From Acidobacteriota bacterium (GTDB lineage Bacteria; Acidobacteriota; Vicinamibacteria; Vicinamibacterales; 2-12-FULL-66-21): 64,000 nucleotides of DNA. Each line of letters opens with the position of its first letter. Position 1 is the first letter of the stretch. The translations under genes were made by a program, and so were the position numbers. The DNA is taken from NCBI GenBank assembly GCA_013813355.1, contig JACCRT010000004.1:175-64174 (forward strand). The letters are read 5' to 3'. Below, piece after piece: positions 1-8,587 of this stretch. Below the pieces are notes generated by a model. That model searched no databases and was not told the DNA's origin. It worked only from the letters and a program-made list of their open reading frames with translations.

Positions 1-179
1 AGAGCGCGGCTGGCGAACTGCGTGGCGGGATGCTGCTCTTCGGGGAGAACGTGAGCCACACGCTGGCCGTGACGCTCGCAAGCGGGTTCCCGGCAGCGTG
101 CAGGTCAGGAACGTTGGCCTGCGTGGCACCGGCGACCTCCGCCGTTCGCCTGAAAGGGCGGTATGGCATGTAGCCGACA

Positions 180-191
180 CATGCTAGCATG
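180..191. promoter_or_regulatory. Perfect 12-bp palindrome CATGCTAGCATG 5 nt upstream of the vapB start; candidate autoregulatory operator
   Basis: CATGCTAGCATG (180-191) is its own reverse complement. It is overlapped by the direct repeat GCATGTAG (166-173 and 187-194). AbrB-type antitoxins commonly bind palindromes over their own promoter. Confidence 0.35.
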
Positions 192-196
192 TAGAC

Positions 197-448
197 ATGT
201 CTGACAAGACCACCGTGACAGAACGGGGCCAAACGGCCATTCCGGCGCGGATCCGCCGGGAAACAGGCGTCACACCGGGAACGGAACTGGTGTGGGAGGT
301 TGTCGGTCCCGACGAATGGCGGGTGAACGTGGTGCGCGAACATGCCTCCAAGCCCGACCCGCGCGCGATGCGGGGATTCAGCCGGCGGTTCCGGGCTCCT
401 CGGCGGACAGCGGACTGGATGCGGGAATTGCGCGCCGGGGAGCCCTGA
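197..448 (+). CDS. vapB: AbrB/SpoVT (MazE/VapB-type) antitoxin
   Basis: 83-aa ORF with an N-terminal swapped-hairpin-like segment (TERGQTAIPARIRRETGVTPGTELVWEV). Its stop overlaps the start of the downstream PIN gene by 1 nt (TGATG at 446-450). Confidence 0.8.
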   Translation: MSDKTTVTERGQTAIPARIRRETGVTPGTELVWEVVGPDEWRVNVVREHASKPDPRAMRGFSRRFRAPRRTADWMRELRAGEP

Positions 449-870
449 TGCTCGTCGTCGATACCTGCGTGCTGATCGACGTCACGGAGGATGACCCCGA
501 GTTCGGCGAGAGGTCAGCCGAGTGCCTGGCGGAACGACTTGATGAGGGCCTGACCATCTCCCCGGTGTCCTACGTCGAGCTGGCTCCCGTGTTCGATGGC
601 TCCCGCCGAGTACTGGACGAGTTCCTGGTCGGCATGGGCATCGATGGCTCGGCGATCTTCGACACGACCGATCGCAACTCGGCTTTCAGCGCCTGGGCGC
701 GGCACGTCAGCGAGCGACGGGCCCGAAGAGCGGGCCGCCGGCCGGTGGCCGACGTGCTGATCGGCGCCCTGGCGCTCCGGCACGACGGGCTCATCACGCG
801 GAACGGCGACGACTTTCTCGCGCTCTATCCCAAGCTCCGCATTGTCGATCCGACGGCGCATCAGGGGTAA
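448..870 (+). CDS. vapC: PIN-domain ribonuclease toxin (VapC family)
   Basis: Starts at the internal ATG of ORF 292..870 (MLVVDTCVLID...). The acidic PIN residues sit in the expected context (VVDT, SYVELA, ITRNGDDF). It is translationally coupled to vapB. Confidence 0.85.
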   Translation: MLVVDTCVLIDVTEDDPEFGERSAECLAERLDEGLTISPVSYVELAPVFDGSRRVLDEFLVGMGIDGSAIFDTTDRNSAFSAWARHVSERRARRAGRRPVADVLIGALALRHDGLITRNGDDFLALYPKLRIVDPTAHQG

Positions 871-1056
871 CCCCAGGCGTCAACCAATCACTCAATTCAA
901 TCAATCACCTCCGAGCCGACGCCGGTGGCGACGCGGCTGCGGCCCTGTCGCTCGCGCAGCTCGACTCTCAGGAGCGGAGGGTCTGACGGGATTGCCGCTC
1001 GCTTTCCCAGAGTCGATGCCGCCTCCCCGGCAAGCCGAGCGCCAAGGCGGCTTGGG

Positions 1057-1254
1057 TCATGCCGGGTAGGTGGCGTTGATCCAGGCGATGAAGCGTGCCC
1101 ATCGCTCCCGCCACACCGTCAACGATCGCTCCTTCTCTTGTGGCGTCATCGTCGAGTAGTGCAGTGAATTCATCGCCAGCTGCTTGAGCGCTTTGAGGTC
1201 GAGGCCCCAGGCCATGTACGCGGCGTAGAAGTCGTGGGTCAGCCCGGCCGCCCA
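1057..1254 (-). pseudogene. C-terminal remnant of an adenosine/AMP-deaminase-family gene
   Basis: The minus-strand frame reads WAAGLTHDFYAAYMAWGLDLKALKQLAMNSLHYSTMTPQEKERSLTVWRERWARFIAWINATYPA-stop. This resembles the last helices of adenosine deaminases. An in-frame TAG lies directly upstream and no N-terminal part is present. It is absent from the ORF track because it lacks a start codon. Confidence 0.4.
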
Positions 1255-1674
1255 CTACATCAACGACAACAGTCCGGCCGTTCTCTCCAGCGACGACCCC
1301 GGCATCTTCCGACGTGGCCGGATCCGAAGCTGCACGCCACGAACGGGACGCCCCGGCGCTCGGCGGTCGGGCCCGCGGTGCGCCGCACGTAGCGCGGCGG
1401 ATCACGAGGCCGGCTACCGCGCCTCGCCCTGGCACTCGGGACACTGCATCCGAACGAAGCGCACCCACTCGACGAGGTCGTCGAGATCCGGCGCAGTCGG
1501 GTCGATCGTGGTCACGTGATGGATCTCGCCCCAGCGGTCCGCCACCACAGCGCCCGGCTGGGGCACCCCCTCAATCGCGGAGGTGGTCACGACCACCTCC
1601 GCCGCACTGCCGACCCGCGCCCGCAGGTCGGCGGCGAGCGATGGGGGTGCGTCGACCGAAACGCTGGCTATCCG

Positions 1675-1990
1675 CTGCTCGACGACCTGCTCGCCGTGCT
1701 TTACGCGCATCCGCAGGTCCACGTGGACGTCGGCGTCATCGTGTACACTCAACCCCGCGCGGCGTTCTACCGCTTCCTGCAGGGAATCGTGGAGGCGGGA
1801 TTCGGCAATCGGGTGATGTTCGGGTCCGAGCAGATGGTCTGGCCCGGGGTGATCGAGCGGGCCATCGCGGTCATCGAGGACGCGGCGTTCCTCAGCGAGC
1901 CGCAGAAGCGCGACATCCTCTACAACAACGCCGCGCGGTTTCTCCGGCTGAGCGCCGAAGAGATTGCCGACCGCTCGCTCGATCACGCCG
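1675..1990 (+). pseudogene. C-terminal remnant of an amidohydrolase-2 (metal-dependent TIM-barrel hydrolase) gene
   Basis: Only the distal part of ORF 1516..2145 looks protein-like: HPQVHVDVGVIVYT...GFGNRVMFGSEQMVWP...LSEPQKRDILYNNAARFLRL. That is the typical end of amidohydrolase_2 proteins. The first two-thirds of such a protein are missing. Confidence 0.5.
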
Positions 1991-2255
1991 CTGCTGGCGC
2001 CGCCGGAAAGGAAGTAGACCCTCGCGGGCAGCCGCGAGCTGATCCGCTGTCCCCTCCATCTGCGCACTGCACTTCCGCACACGCAGCGCCGTGCCTGCCG
2101 AGCTACAAGTTCGGCGAAGAGCCATTCTGCGCGGCCCGCGGCTGAATCGTGCTGTTGCGATCAAGTGAGGCAGTCCGGATCCCGGCATTCCAGTCCCCGA
2201 AATGGCGCAGGCCGTGACCGGGGCAAAGCCGCTATACTCCGCCGGGGGAGACAGC

Positions 2256-3041
2256 ATGAAGGGAACAACGATCCTGGCGCTCGCTTTCGCGGGAAGCCTC
2301 GTCGCCACCGGCCAGCCACCGGCGCCGGCCCACCGCCTGGTGGATCTCACGCACGCCTACGACAGCGATACGCTGTACTGGCCGACGTCGCCGTCGAAGT
2401 TCTCGCTGGAACCGCTCGCCCACGGGCTGACCGAGGGAGGCTATTTCTACTCGGCCTATCGGCTCTCCACGCCCGAGCACGGCGGCACCCACCTCGACGC
2501 GCCCATCCATTTCGCGGAAGGGAAGCGCACGGTCGAGCAGATCCCACTCGAGCAGTTGATCGCGCCCGCGGTCGTGCTCGATGTCACGAAGCAGGCGGCG
2601 GCCGACAGGGATTATCGTCTGACGTTAGACGACGTGACGGCCTTCGAGCAGCGCCATGGGCGCATCCCCGCCGGCGCCATCGTGCTGCTGCGGACCGGGT
2701 GGAGCCGCTTCTGGCCGGACGCGAAGGCCTATCTCGGGGACAACACGCCCGGCGACGCGTCGAAGCTGTCGTTCCCGAGCTACGGCGTCGAGGCGGCCCG
2801 GATGCTCGTGGACGAGCGTCGCGTCGGCGTGCTGGGCGTGGACACCGCATCGATCGACTACGGCCGCTCCACGGACTTCATGGTGCACCGGACCGCCGCC
2901 GCGCGGGAGGTGCCGGGCCTCGAGAATCTCACGAACCTCGATCAGCTCCCCGCGACGGGTGCGACGGTCGTGGCGCTGCCGATCAAGATCGCAGGGGGCT
3001 CCGGCGGGCCCGCGCGCGTGGTCGCGATGATTCCGCGGTGA
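2256..3041 (+). CDS. Secreted cyclase-family protein (kynurenine formamidase-like)
   Basis: Internal ATG at 2256 preceded by GGGGGAG. Signal-peptide-like N-terminus (MKGTTILALAFAGSLVATG). Cyclase-family motif HGGTHLDAPIHF and a distal GVDTASID motif. Confidence 0.8.
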   Translation: MKGTTILALAFAGSLVATGQPPAPAHRLVDLTHAYDSDTLYWPTSPSKFSLEPLAHGLTEGGYFYSAYRLSTPEHGGTHLDAPIHFAEGKRTVEQIPLEQLIAPAVVLDVTKQAAADRDYRLTLDDVTAFEQRHGRIPAGAIVLLRTGWSRFWPDAKAYLGDNTPGDASKLSFPSYGVEAARMLVDERRVGVLGVDTASIDYGRSTDFMVHRTAAAREVPGLENLTNLDQLPATGATVVALPIKIAGGSGGPARVVAMIPR

Positions 3042-3177
3042 TGAGATCAGCCGTCCCGCGTGACCAGTTTGAAACGTCCTGAAACGCGACGATTGGCGAC
3101 ACACAGCCCTGCGGTGCCATCAGTATTTCACGCAGACCGCCACTCGCATGCGGGATTGCCTCCAGCAACGGTGAAAC

Positions 3178-4668
3178 ATGAAGCTCATCCCGGTTAAATC
3201 ATCCGCGCTGGCCATCGTCCTCGGCCTCTCCGCACCGCTTGCGGCGCAAACGGCGAACGCGCAACCGGGTGCTACGCCGGACATCGCCGCGCGTATCGAC
3301 GCGGTCTTCACCGTCCACGCCGGCACCGACGCGCCCGGGTGCGCGGTGGGCGTATCGCTGGCCGGCGACATCGTGTTTGCGAAGGGCTACGGCATGGCCA
3401 GCCTCGAGCACGGTGTGCCGATCACGGCGCAGACGGCGTTCGACATCGGCTCCGTCGCCAAGCAGTTCACGGCCGCCGCGGTGCGACTGCTCGAGCAGCG
3501 CGGCCGCCTGTCACTCGACAACGACGTCCGCCGCTACGTGCCTGAGCTGCCGGACTACGGCACGCCGATCACGCTGCGCAACCTGCTGCAGCATACGAGC
3601 GGGCTGCGCGACTACGGCACGCTCGAGTCGCTCGCAGGCCGGCACGTACGCACGATGCCGGAGTTCATCGGGCTCCTCGCGCGGCAGCGTGCGCTCAACT
3701 TCGTGCCAGGCGAGCGGCACGAGTACAGCCACAGCGACTATTCCGTGCTCGCGCTCGCAATCGAGCGCGCGGCGGGTGAGGGGTTCGGCCAGTTCATCGA
3801 GCGCGAGCTGCTGCAGCCGCTCGGCATGACATCCAGCCGCGTGCACGACAGCCGCGGCGCGGCAGTGCCCGGTCGCGCGCTCGCCTACGCGGAGACGGGG
3901 CACGGCTACAGCGTCATATTCCCGCGCAATGAGATCGTCGGCGGTGCGAAGCTCTACACCACAGTCGAGGACCTGCTGCGGTGGGAGCGGAACTTCCACG
4001 AGCCGGTGGTCGGCGGCCGTGCCCTGATGGACGCGTTGGTCGCACGGCCGCGGCTCGCCTCCGGCGCGACAATCCCGTATGCCAGCGGGCTGCGCATCGG
4101 CGAGTACCGGGGCCTGCCGACCGTGCACCGCAGCGGCGGCGGCACCTTTGCCAGCGAGATGCTGCGCTTCCCGGAGCAGCGGCTGGCGGTGGTCACGCTG
4201 TGCAACACGAGTGCGTCGCATCCGCGCTATCTCAGCCAGGAGGTCGCGGCGCTGTACCTGGCCGAGCAGATGCAGAGCCTCGCTGTCGTGCCTGCGCGGC
4301 GCCAGGTCGAGACGCCGCAGGACGAGCTCGTCCGCTACGCCGGCGTATACCGGCCCCTCGAGACACCATGGAACATCCTCCGTATCGCCGCCCGTGACGG
4401 CGCGCTGCAGGAGGTGTTCCCCGACAGCGGCTGGTACTGTCAGTCGATGAGCCTGTCGAAGTACTCGAGCGCATTCCCGAGTCGGAGCTGTGGCAGCCGG
4501 CGGCCGCCGCACTGGAGGAATTCGCCGGCAGCTTCCACAGCGAGGAGCTGGACGCGTCCTGGAGCGGCTGTTCCTCGATGGCGGGGCGCCGGGACCGGTC
4601 ACGCTGACGTATGCCGGCGGCAAGCTGCTGACGGTGGAGTCCGGCGCGGACATCGCCGGTTTTCGTGA
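3178..4668 (+). CDS. Serine hydrolase of the beta-lactamase/transpeptidase-like family; 3-prime region appears frameshifted
   Basis: Signal peptide, SxxK motif (GSVAKQF) and a class-C-like body up to about 4430. Downstream, protein-like sequence continues in two other frames (LERIPESELWQPAAAALEEFAGSFHSEELDAS, then VLERLFLDGG...), so the annotated tail is probably not native. Confidence 0.7.
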   Translation: MKLIPVKSSALAIVLGLSAPLAAQTANAQPGATPDIAARIDAVFTVHAGTDAPGCAVGVSLAGDIVFAKGYGMASLEHGVPITAQTAFDIGSVAKQFTAAAVRLLEQRGRLSLDNDVRRYVPELPDYGTPITLRNLLQHTSGLRDYGTLESLAGRHVRTMPEFIGLLARQRALNFVPGERHEYSHSDYSVLALAIERAAGEGFGQFIERELLQPLGMTSSRVHDSRGAAVPGRALAYAETGHGYSVIFPRNEIVGGAKLYTTVEDLLRWERNFHEPVVGGRALMDALVARPRLASGATIPYASGLRIGEYRGLPTVHRSGGGTFASEMLRFPEQRLAVVTLCNTSASHPRYLSQEVAALYLAEQMQSLAVVPARRQVETPQDELVRYAGVYRPLETPWNILRIAARDGALQEVFPDSGWYCQSMSLSKYSSAFPSRSCGSRRPPHWRNSPAASTARSWTRPGAAVPRWRGAGTGHADVCRRQAADGGVRRGHRRFS

Positions 4669-4906
4669 ATACCTGGCCTCCGCGCTGCCGTTGAGCGAGC
4701 AGCTGACCGGGCTGAAGTTCGGACTGAATCCCCACGTCACCGATGCGCGCGTGCTGCCGCTGATGGGCGCGGGAATGGTCAGTCTCAGCGTGGGCAGCAA
4801 CCTCGTGCTGGGCGGCGATATCGATCTGCCGTTCCTCATCTTTCTGACTCTGGCCGGTGCGACGGTGCATGTGGATGACCATCTCGTCGTGGACGCCGGC
4901 GTACTC
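4556..4906 (+). pseudogene. Fragment resembling the C-terminal half of an M29/aminopeptidase-T-like protein
   Basis: Frame of ORF 4490..4993 reads VTLTYAGGKLLTVESGADIAGFREYLASALPLSEQLTGLKFGLNPHV...GATVHVDDHLVVDAGVL. This follows the M29 pattern (fenGkvv...lgE.giG.Np...tv.vDg..vv.dG). No N-terminal part is present. The resemblance is weak. Confidence 0.3.
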
Positions 4907-4970
4907 CGGGAGAGCGTGGGGGCCGGGCCCACGCCAGCCGGGGCCGAGCCTGCCTGCGCGGCCGGCGCGT

Positions 4971-5172
4971 GTCCTCTACGTCCGGGCCGGTGATCAGGAC
5001 GAGCCCCACGTACGGCGACGTCCTCGCGACCGTGCCTTTTGGGGCTGGGGGCGGCATGCCGCACCACCTCGAGTACGAGCTGCCGCCGGCCGGTCGGCTG
5101 CTCTTCGGCAACGCCCACCACCACGAACAGGTGCTGCTGTTCGACTTCGCCGACGCGCTGCAACCGCGCCTC
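4971..5172 (+). pseudogene. N-terminal remnant of a selenium-binding-protein (SBP56)-like beta-propeller gene, frameshifted
   Basis: VLYVRAGDQDE (frame of 4857) continues in the frame of 4969 as PTYGDVLATVPFGAGGGMPHHLEYELPPAGRLLFGN...VLLFDFADALQPRL. This matches the bacterial SBP56 N-terminal pattern (LYVWAGDQ...YG.V..T.P...HH...ffD..dp..P). About 12 residues are missing at the shift and nothing follows. Confidence 0.35.
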
Positions 5173-5212
5173 CGGCATCATCGTGAGCACGGGCGACGGC
5201 GTGCCGCCGTGA

Positions 5213-6343
5213 TCACGGCTCTCCCACCCTGTGGATCGGGGGATGCTCGACGAGGTGCATGTTGTAGGCCGGATCGACAGGGGGCTCCGACAGCCGCAGC
5301 GACAGCCAGAGCGCCATCGCCAGCACCGCCACCGCGGTGAGCAGCACGACGAGGACCAAATACCAGACGAGGGAGCGGAACGGCGCCCGCAGCTCGTCGC
5401 GCTCCACGGACACGACCGTCAGCCACCGCAGCTCCGGAAAACTCTGTGCGAGCTGGCTCGGCGCGACCGCGACCACGCGGAGAGAGCCCTCGGGCGATCG
5501 CGCTTCGTAGGACCATGCGTCGGGTGCCGCCAGCGCCTCCGCGCGATCGGCCACCCCCTGGCGCAGCAGATCCGCGGCGAAGAACCGATCGCGGGGCGCG
5601 TGCGGGCGCCGCCGGAACACGATGGAACCGTCCGGCCGCACGAGCATGGCTTCCGCCGTGGCGCCGACTTCGAGGCCGGCAATGGCCGCCAGCGTTTCAC
5701 GGCTGTCGGCCACGATCTTCATCACGCCCGCGGCGCCGTCGCCTCCCGGCGCGGGGACCGGCACGGCAATCTCGAAGGCATACACCTGGGCGCTCTCATC
5801 GCGCCCCACGTCCGAGACGCGGACGCGCCCGCGGCCGTTGTCCCACGCCTGGTACCACCAGCCCTCGTCGGCCTGATAGTAGTCCGACGTGATGCCGGAC
5901 GCGGCGACCAGGCGGCCGTACCGATCGGTGACCAGCACCTCGCGGTAGGCCGAGTCGTGGGCGACGAGGTCGGCGAGGAACTGCGAGGCCGGCGTCGTCA
6001 GGATGCCCAGCCGCGCCGCCGTGGCAGCCCCATCGGCAATCCATTGGCTGTCGAGTTCCGCGACCCTGCTCTGATCGAAGGGCTGCTCGTTGCCGTCCGC
6101 GGCCGCCCGCCGAAGGTCCGGCACCCGGCCGAGCAGCGCGGCATCGAGGATGCGACGGTAGACGTAGGCGTCGACCGCCGCCGCGGTATGCGAGGCAACC
6201 TGGCGGAGTTCCGCCGTCTGCGCTTCGCGCAGGCGGCCCTGGCCCACGCCAAGCACCGTGCCGGCACCGATCAGCAGAACGGGAAGTGCGACCAGCAGCA
6301 GAACCGTGAGGACACGGCTGTTGAGAGAGGTCGGGCGAGACAT
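5213..6343 (-). CDS. Membrane sensor module (TM - Cache/PDC-like periplasmic domain - TM) lacking any output domain
   Basis: ATG at 6343 lies 7 nt after GGAGG. TM1 is VLTVLLLVALPVLLIGAG. The periplasmic region has a typical sensor-kinase Cache signature (VLVTDRYGRLVAASGITSDYYQADEGWWYQAW, AMLVRPDGSIVF). TM2 is LVWYLVLVVLLTAVAVLAMALWL, followed by only about 25 residues and a stop. Confidence 0.7.
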   Translation of the reverse strand: MSRPTSLNSRVLTVLLLVALPVLLIGAGTVLGVGQGRLREAQTAELRQVASHTAAAVDAYVYRRILDAALLGRVPDLRRAAADGNEQPFDQSRVAELDSQWIADGAATAARLGILTTPASQFLADLVAHDSAYREVLVTDRYGRLVAASGITSDYYQADEGWWYQAWDNGRGRVRVSDVGRDESAQVYAFEIAVPVPAPGGDGAAGVMKIVADSRETLAAIAGLEVGATAEAMLVRPDGSIVFRRRPHAPRDRFFAADLLRQGVADRAEALAAPDAWSYEARSPEGSLRVVAVAPSQLAQSFPELRWLTVVSVERDELRAPFRSLVWYLVLVVLLTAVAVLAMALWLSLRLSEPPVDPAYNMHLVEHPPIHRVGEP

Positions 6344-6422
6344 GGCAACCTCCTGACGAGATTGACCCGAGACGTGTGAAGCGGCTGCCGGCACGAGCCC
6401 TGCCGAGGCACGCGCGCCGTCC

Positions 6423-6450
6423 CCGGCAGTCTAACGGATCCGTCTGCCGG
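6423..6450. repeat. Inverted repeat CCGGCAG-N14-CTGCCGG enclosing the palindrome ACGGATCCGT
   Basis: Read directly, about 80 nt upstream of the sensor gene start. Function unknown; it could be an operator or a hairpin. Confidence 0.25.
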
Positions 6451-6868
6451 CCATCAACCGACATCCGAAGGGGGAAACCGTGACCAGGCCTGTCCCGGGG
6501 CCTCCGCACAATGGTCGCAGGCACACGAATGCGCTCGCCCCGACGCTGTCCTCGCTGGTCATCGGCACGGCGGTCACCTACGAGAACCCGACGATGGTGC
6601 CGCTGCTCGGGTATACGCCGGCGGTGGGACGGTATGCCGTGCTGGGATCTCGACTCGAGACCCCGCTAATGCGGACTATCCTCCTGACCCTTCGGTTCGG
6701 CCAATTCTGCGAGTCCACTTCGTGCCGCTGTCGCATCTCTGCGAGTCCCTGTCTAGGGACAGAGATGGACATGGAGAGGTTGATTGCCAGCAGCCAAACG
6801 GCTGCGACACCTTGGACGTACACGCGACCTGACTCCGAATAGTCGATACCAACAAACCCAGGCACGAA

Positions 6869-6990
6869 TGCCACCTGGACCTCATCCTCGTCGGCCTCTC
6901 GTTCACGCTGTACCTCGCTATCGCCTGGCTCTCGCGCGTGAAAGACACCGGCGGGTTCTACGTCGCCGGCCGCGGCATCCCGGCCTCCGT
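6869..6990 (+). pseudogene. N-terminal remnant of a sodium:solute symporter (ActP/SSS-like)
   Basis: Frame reads CHLDLILVGLSFTLYLAIAWLSRVKDTGGFYVAGRGIPASVNAG. This is the conserved first TM helix plus the FYVAGR motif of SSS/ActP transporters. Homology is lost after about 40 residues and a stop follows at 7044-7046. Confidence 0.45.
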
Positions 6991-7127
6991 CAACGCCGGC
7001 CGTGCGGCTCGCCACGATCCGCGCGGATACGGACGTCGTCCCTGAGGTCAATTGACGCCACCGGGGCGAAAGCGCATACTCGTGCTCCCACTCCGGCGTT
7101 TATCTTGGCAATTGGAAGGACTGCATC

Positions 7128-7799
7128 ATGGAAGCGCGTTCGCTACTGTCGATCGCTTTGCTCGTCGTGTTCGCGTCAGGGGCGGCGATCGCCCAGGACC
7201 CCCTCAAGGTGGACGCCGCCCACTACAACCTCGTCTTCGAGAACGCGAGCGTGCGCGTCCTGAAGATCGACTACCCCGCGGGTGACAAGAGCCCGATGCA
7301 CCAGCACCCCGACGCGATCGTGATTCCGCTCGGGGATGCAAAGGTCCGCTTCACCACGCCGGACGGGAAGGCCGAAGACACCGCCCTGGCGAGTGAATCG
7401 GCGAGGTACACGCCCGCCGTGACCCACAGCCCGGCCAACATCGGCACGGGGCGCATCGACGGCCTCCTGGTCGAATTCAAGTCTCCGAAGGCCGGCACTG
7501 CGGCGATGCCAGCCTCGCGCGACGGCATGGGCATGAAGAAGCTGGCCGAGGGGCCGCGGGCCGAGGCATACCGGATGACGGTGGCCCCCACGTTCGAAGA
7601 GCCGGCGGGTTCGACGCACGAGTACGACCAGATCGTCATCACGCTCGGACCGGCCCCGATGTCGCTGGCGATCGACGGCAAGCCCGCGAAGACGACCTGG
7701 GCGCGCGGCGACGCGCAGTTCATCGGCCGCGGCGTGCCGCACGCGTCGAAGAACACTGGCGGCAAGCCGGTGGACCTCATCATCGTCTACATCAAGTAG
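7128..7799 (+). CDS. Secreted bicupin-like protein
   Basis: Signal peptide MEARSLLSIALLVVFASGAAIAQ. Two cupin-like halves (SVRVLKIDYPAGDKSPMHQHPD... and EPAGSTHEYDQIVITLG...GVPHASKNTG). Confidence 0.75.
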   Translation: MEARSLLSIALLVVFASGAAIAQDPLKVDAAHYNLVFENASVRVLKIDYPAGDKSPMHQHPDAIVIPLGDAKVRFTTPDGKAEDTALASESARYTPAVTHSPANIGTGRIDGLLVEFKSPKAGTAAMPASRDGMGMKKLAEGPRAEAYRMTVAPTFEEPAGSTHEYDQIVITLGPAPMSLAIDGKPAKTTWARGDAQFIGRGVPHASKNTGGKPVDLIIVYIK

Positions 7800-7818
7800 C
7801 GGCGTTTCTCAGCACGAC

Positions 7819-7852
7819 GGCACCCACGGCGCCATCAACGCCCGTGGGTGCC
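7819..7852 (+). terminator. GC-rich hairpin 20 nt downstream of the bicupin stop
   Basis: GGCACCCACGG (7819-7829) pairs perfectly with CCGTGGGTGCC (7842-7852) around a 12-nt loop. There is no U-tract, so intrinsic-terminator function is uncertain. Confidence 0.35.
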
Positions 7853-8026
7853 AACTCAACGCGCTCTACCGGACTGCGCCGAGCAGCAGCCACAGCCCCA
7901 GCCTCCCGAGCGCCCCGAACAGCGCCCAGCCCGGGCTTTCCGTGTGCATCCGTGCTATGCGTTGCCGCTAGCCGAGCGAGACCTGGCACTCCGCCGCTCT
8001 GAATGACCGGCACCTCGCGGCGGGGT

Positions 8027-8056
8027 GTTGACACGCCCGTCGATGCGGCGGTAGTC
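8027..8056 (+). promoter_or_regulatory. Candidate sigma-70-like promoter for padR
   Basis: TTGACA (8027-8032), an 18-nt spacer, then TAGTCT (8051-8056), 27 nt upstream of the padR ATG. The -35 matches the consensus but the -10 is weak. Confidence 0.3.
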
Positions 8057-8082
8057 TCATCTCGCCACACGAGAGGACTCCG

Positions 8083-8409
8083 ATGCCGAAGACCGAATAC
8101 CTCCAGGGGGCGCTCGACCTGCTGATCCTCAAGACGCTGGCCCTCGGCCCGAACCACGGCTGGGGCATCCAGCAGCGGATCCACCGGGTCTCGCGTGAGG
8201 CCCTCACCGTCAGCCAGGGCTCGCTCTACCCCGCCCTCCACCGCCTCGAGACCGCCGGGCTCCTCGCGTCGGAGATGGCGATGTCGGAGAACAACCGGAA
8301 GGCGCGCATCTACACCTTGACCACGGCCGGCCGCAAGCGGCTGGCATCCGAAGCCGAAGACTGGCGCGAGTTCGCGCTCGCCATCCGGCGGCTGCTGCAG
8401 ACAGGGTGA
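8083..8409 (+). CDS. PadR-family transcriptional regulator
   Basis: LDLLILKTLALGPNHGWGIQQRI...SQGSLYPALHRLETAGLL...RKARIYTLTTAGRKRL is the canonical PadR winged-helix signature. Confidence 0.9.
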   Translation: MPKTEYLQGALDLLILKTLALGPNHGWGIQQRIHRVSREALTVSQGSLYPALHRLETAGLLASEMAMSENNRKARIYTLTTAGRKRLASEAEDWREFALAIRRLLQTG

Positions 8410-8587
8410 CTCCGGGCGCCGTGATCGCGGGGGAGGGCGCTCGCGGTCACCCCGCACTCGTGATCGCGCGTCGGGCATCGCCCGGGGAATCGAAGAGGCG
8501 AAGAAGCGACGGCATGTTCCTGGTGCTGCCGCCGGCAACCGGCGTCTGGCACCGGGGCGATGGGCCTCCGAGTCAGTGAGGGAATCC

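Noticed and set aside
881-908. Short low-GC tract with degenerate CAATCA/TCAA repeats right after the vapC stop
   Set aside because: It has only three to four imperfect units, too short to call a repeat element or att site. It is noted only as the left edge of the 0.9-2.1 kb decayed segment.
1414-2082. 222-aa minus-strand ORF ending ...RMQCPECQGEAR
   Set aside because: Its N-terminal two-thirds are antisense to the amidohydrolase remnant. The C-terminal ~95 aa (1414-1700) might be another remnant with a Cys pair, but I cannot tie it to any family, so it is not reported as a feature.
3511-5190. 559-aa minus-strand ORF
   Set aside because: It is antisense to the well-supported beta-lactamase-family gene and to the plus-strand fragments. 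Its composition is Arg/Ala/Pro/Gly-rich with no recognisable motifs, which is typical of stop-free antisense frames in ~70% GC DNA.
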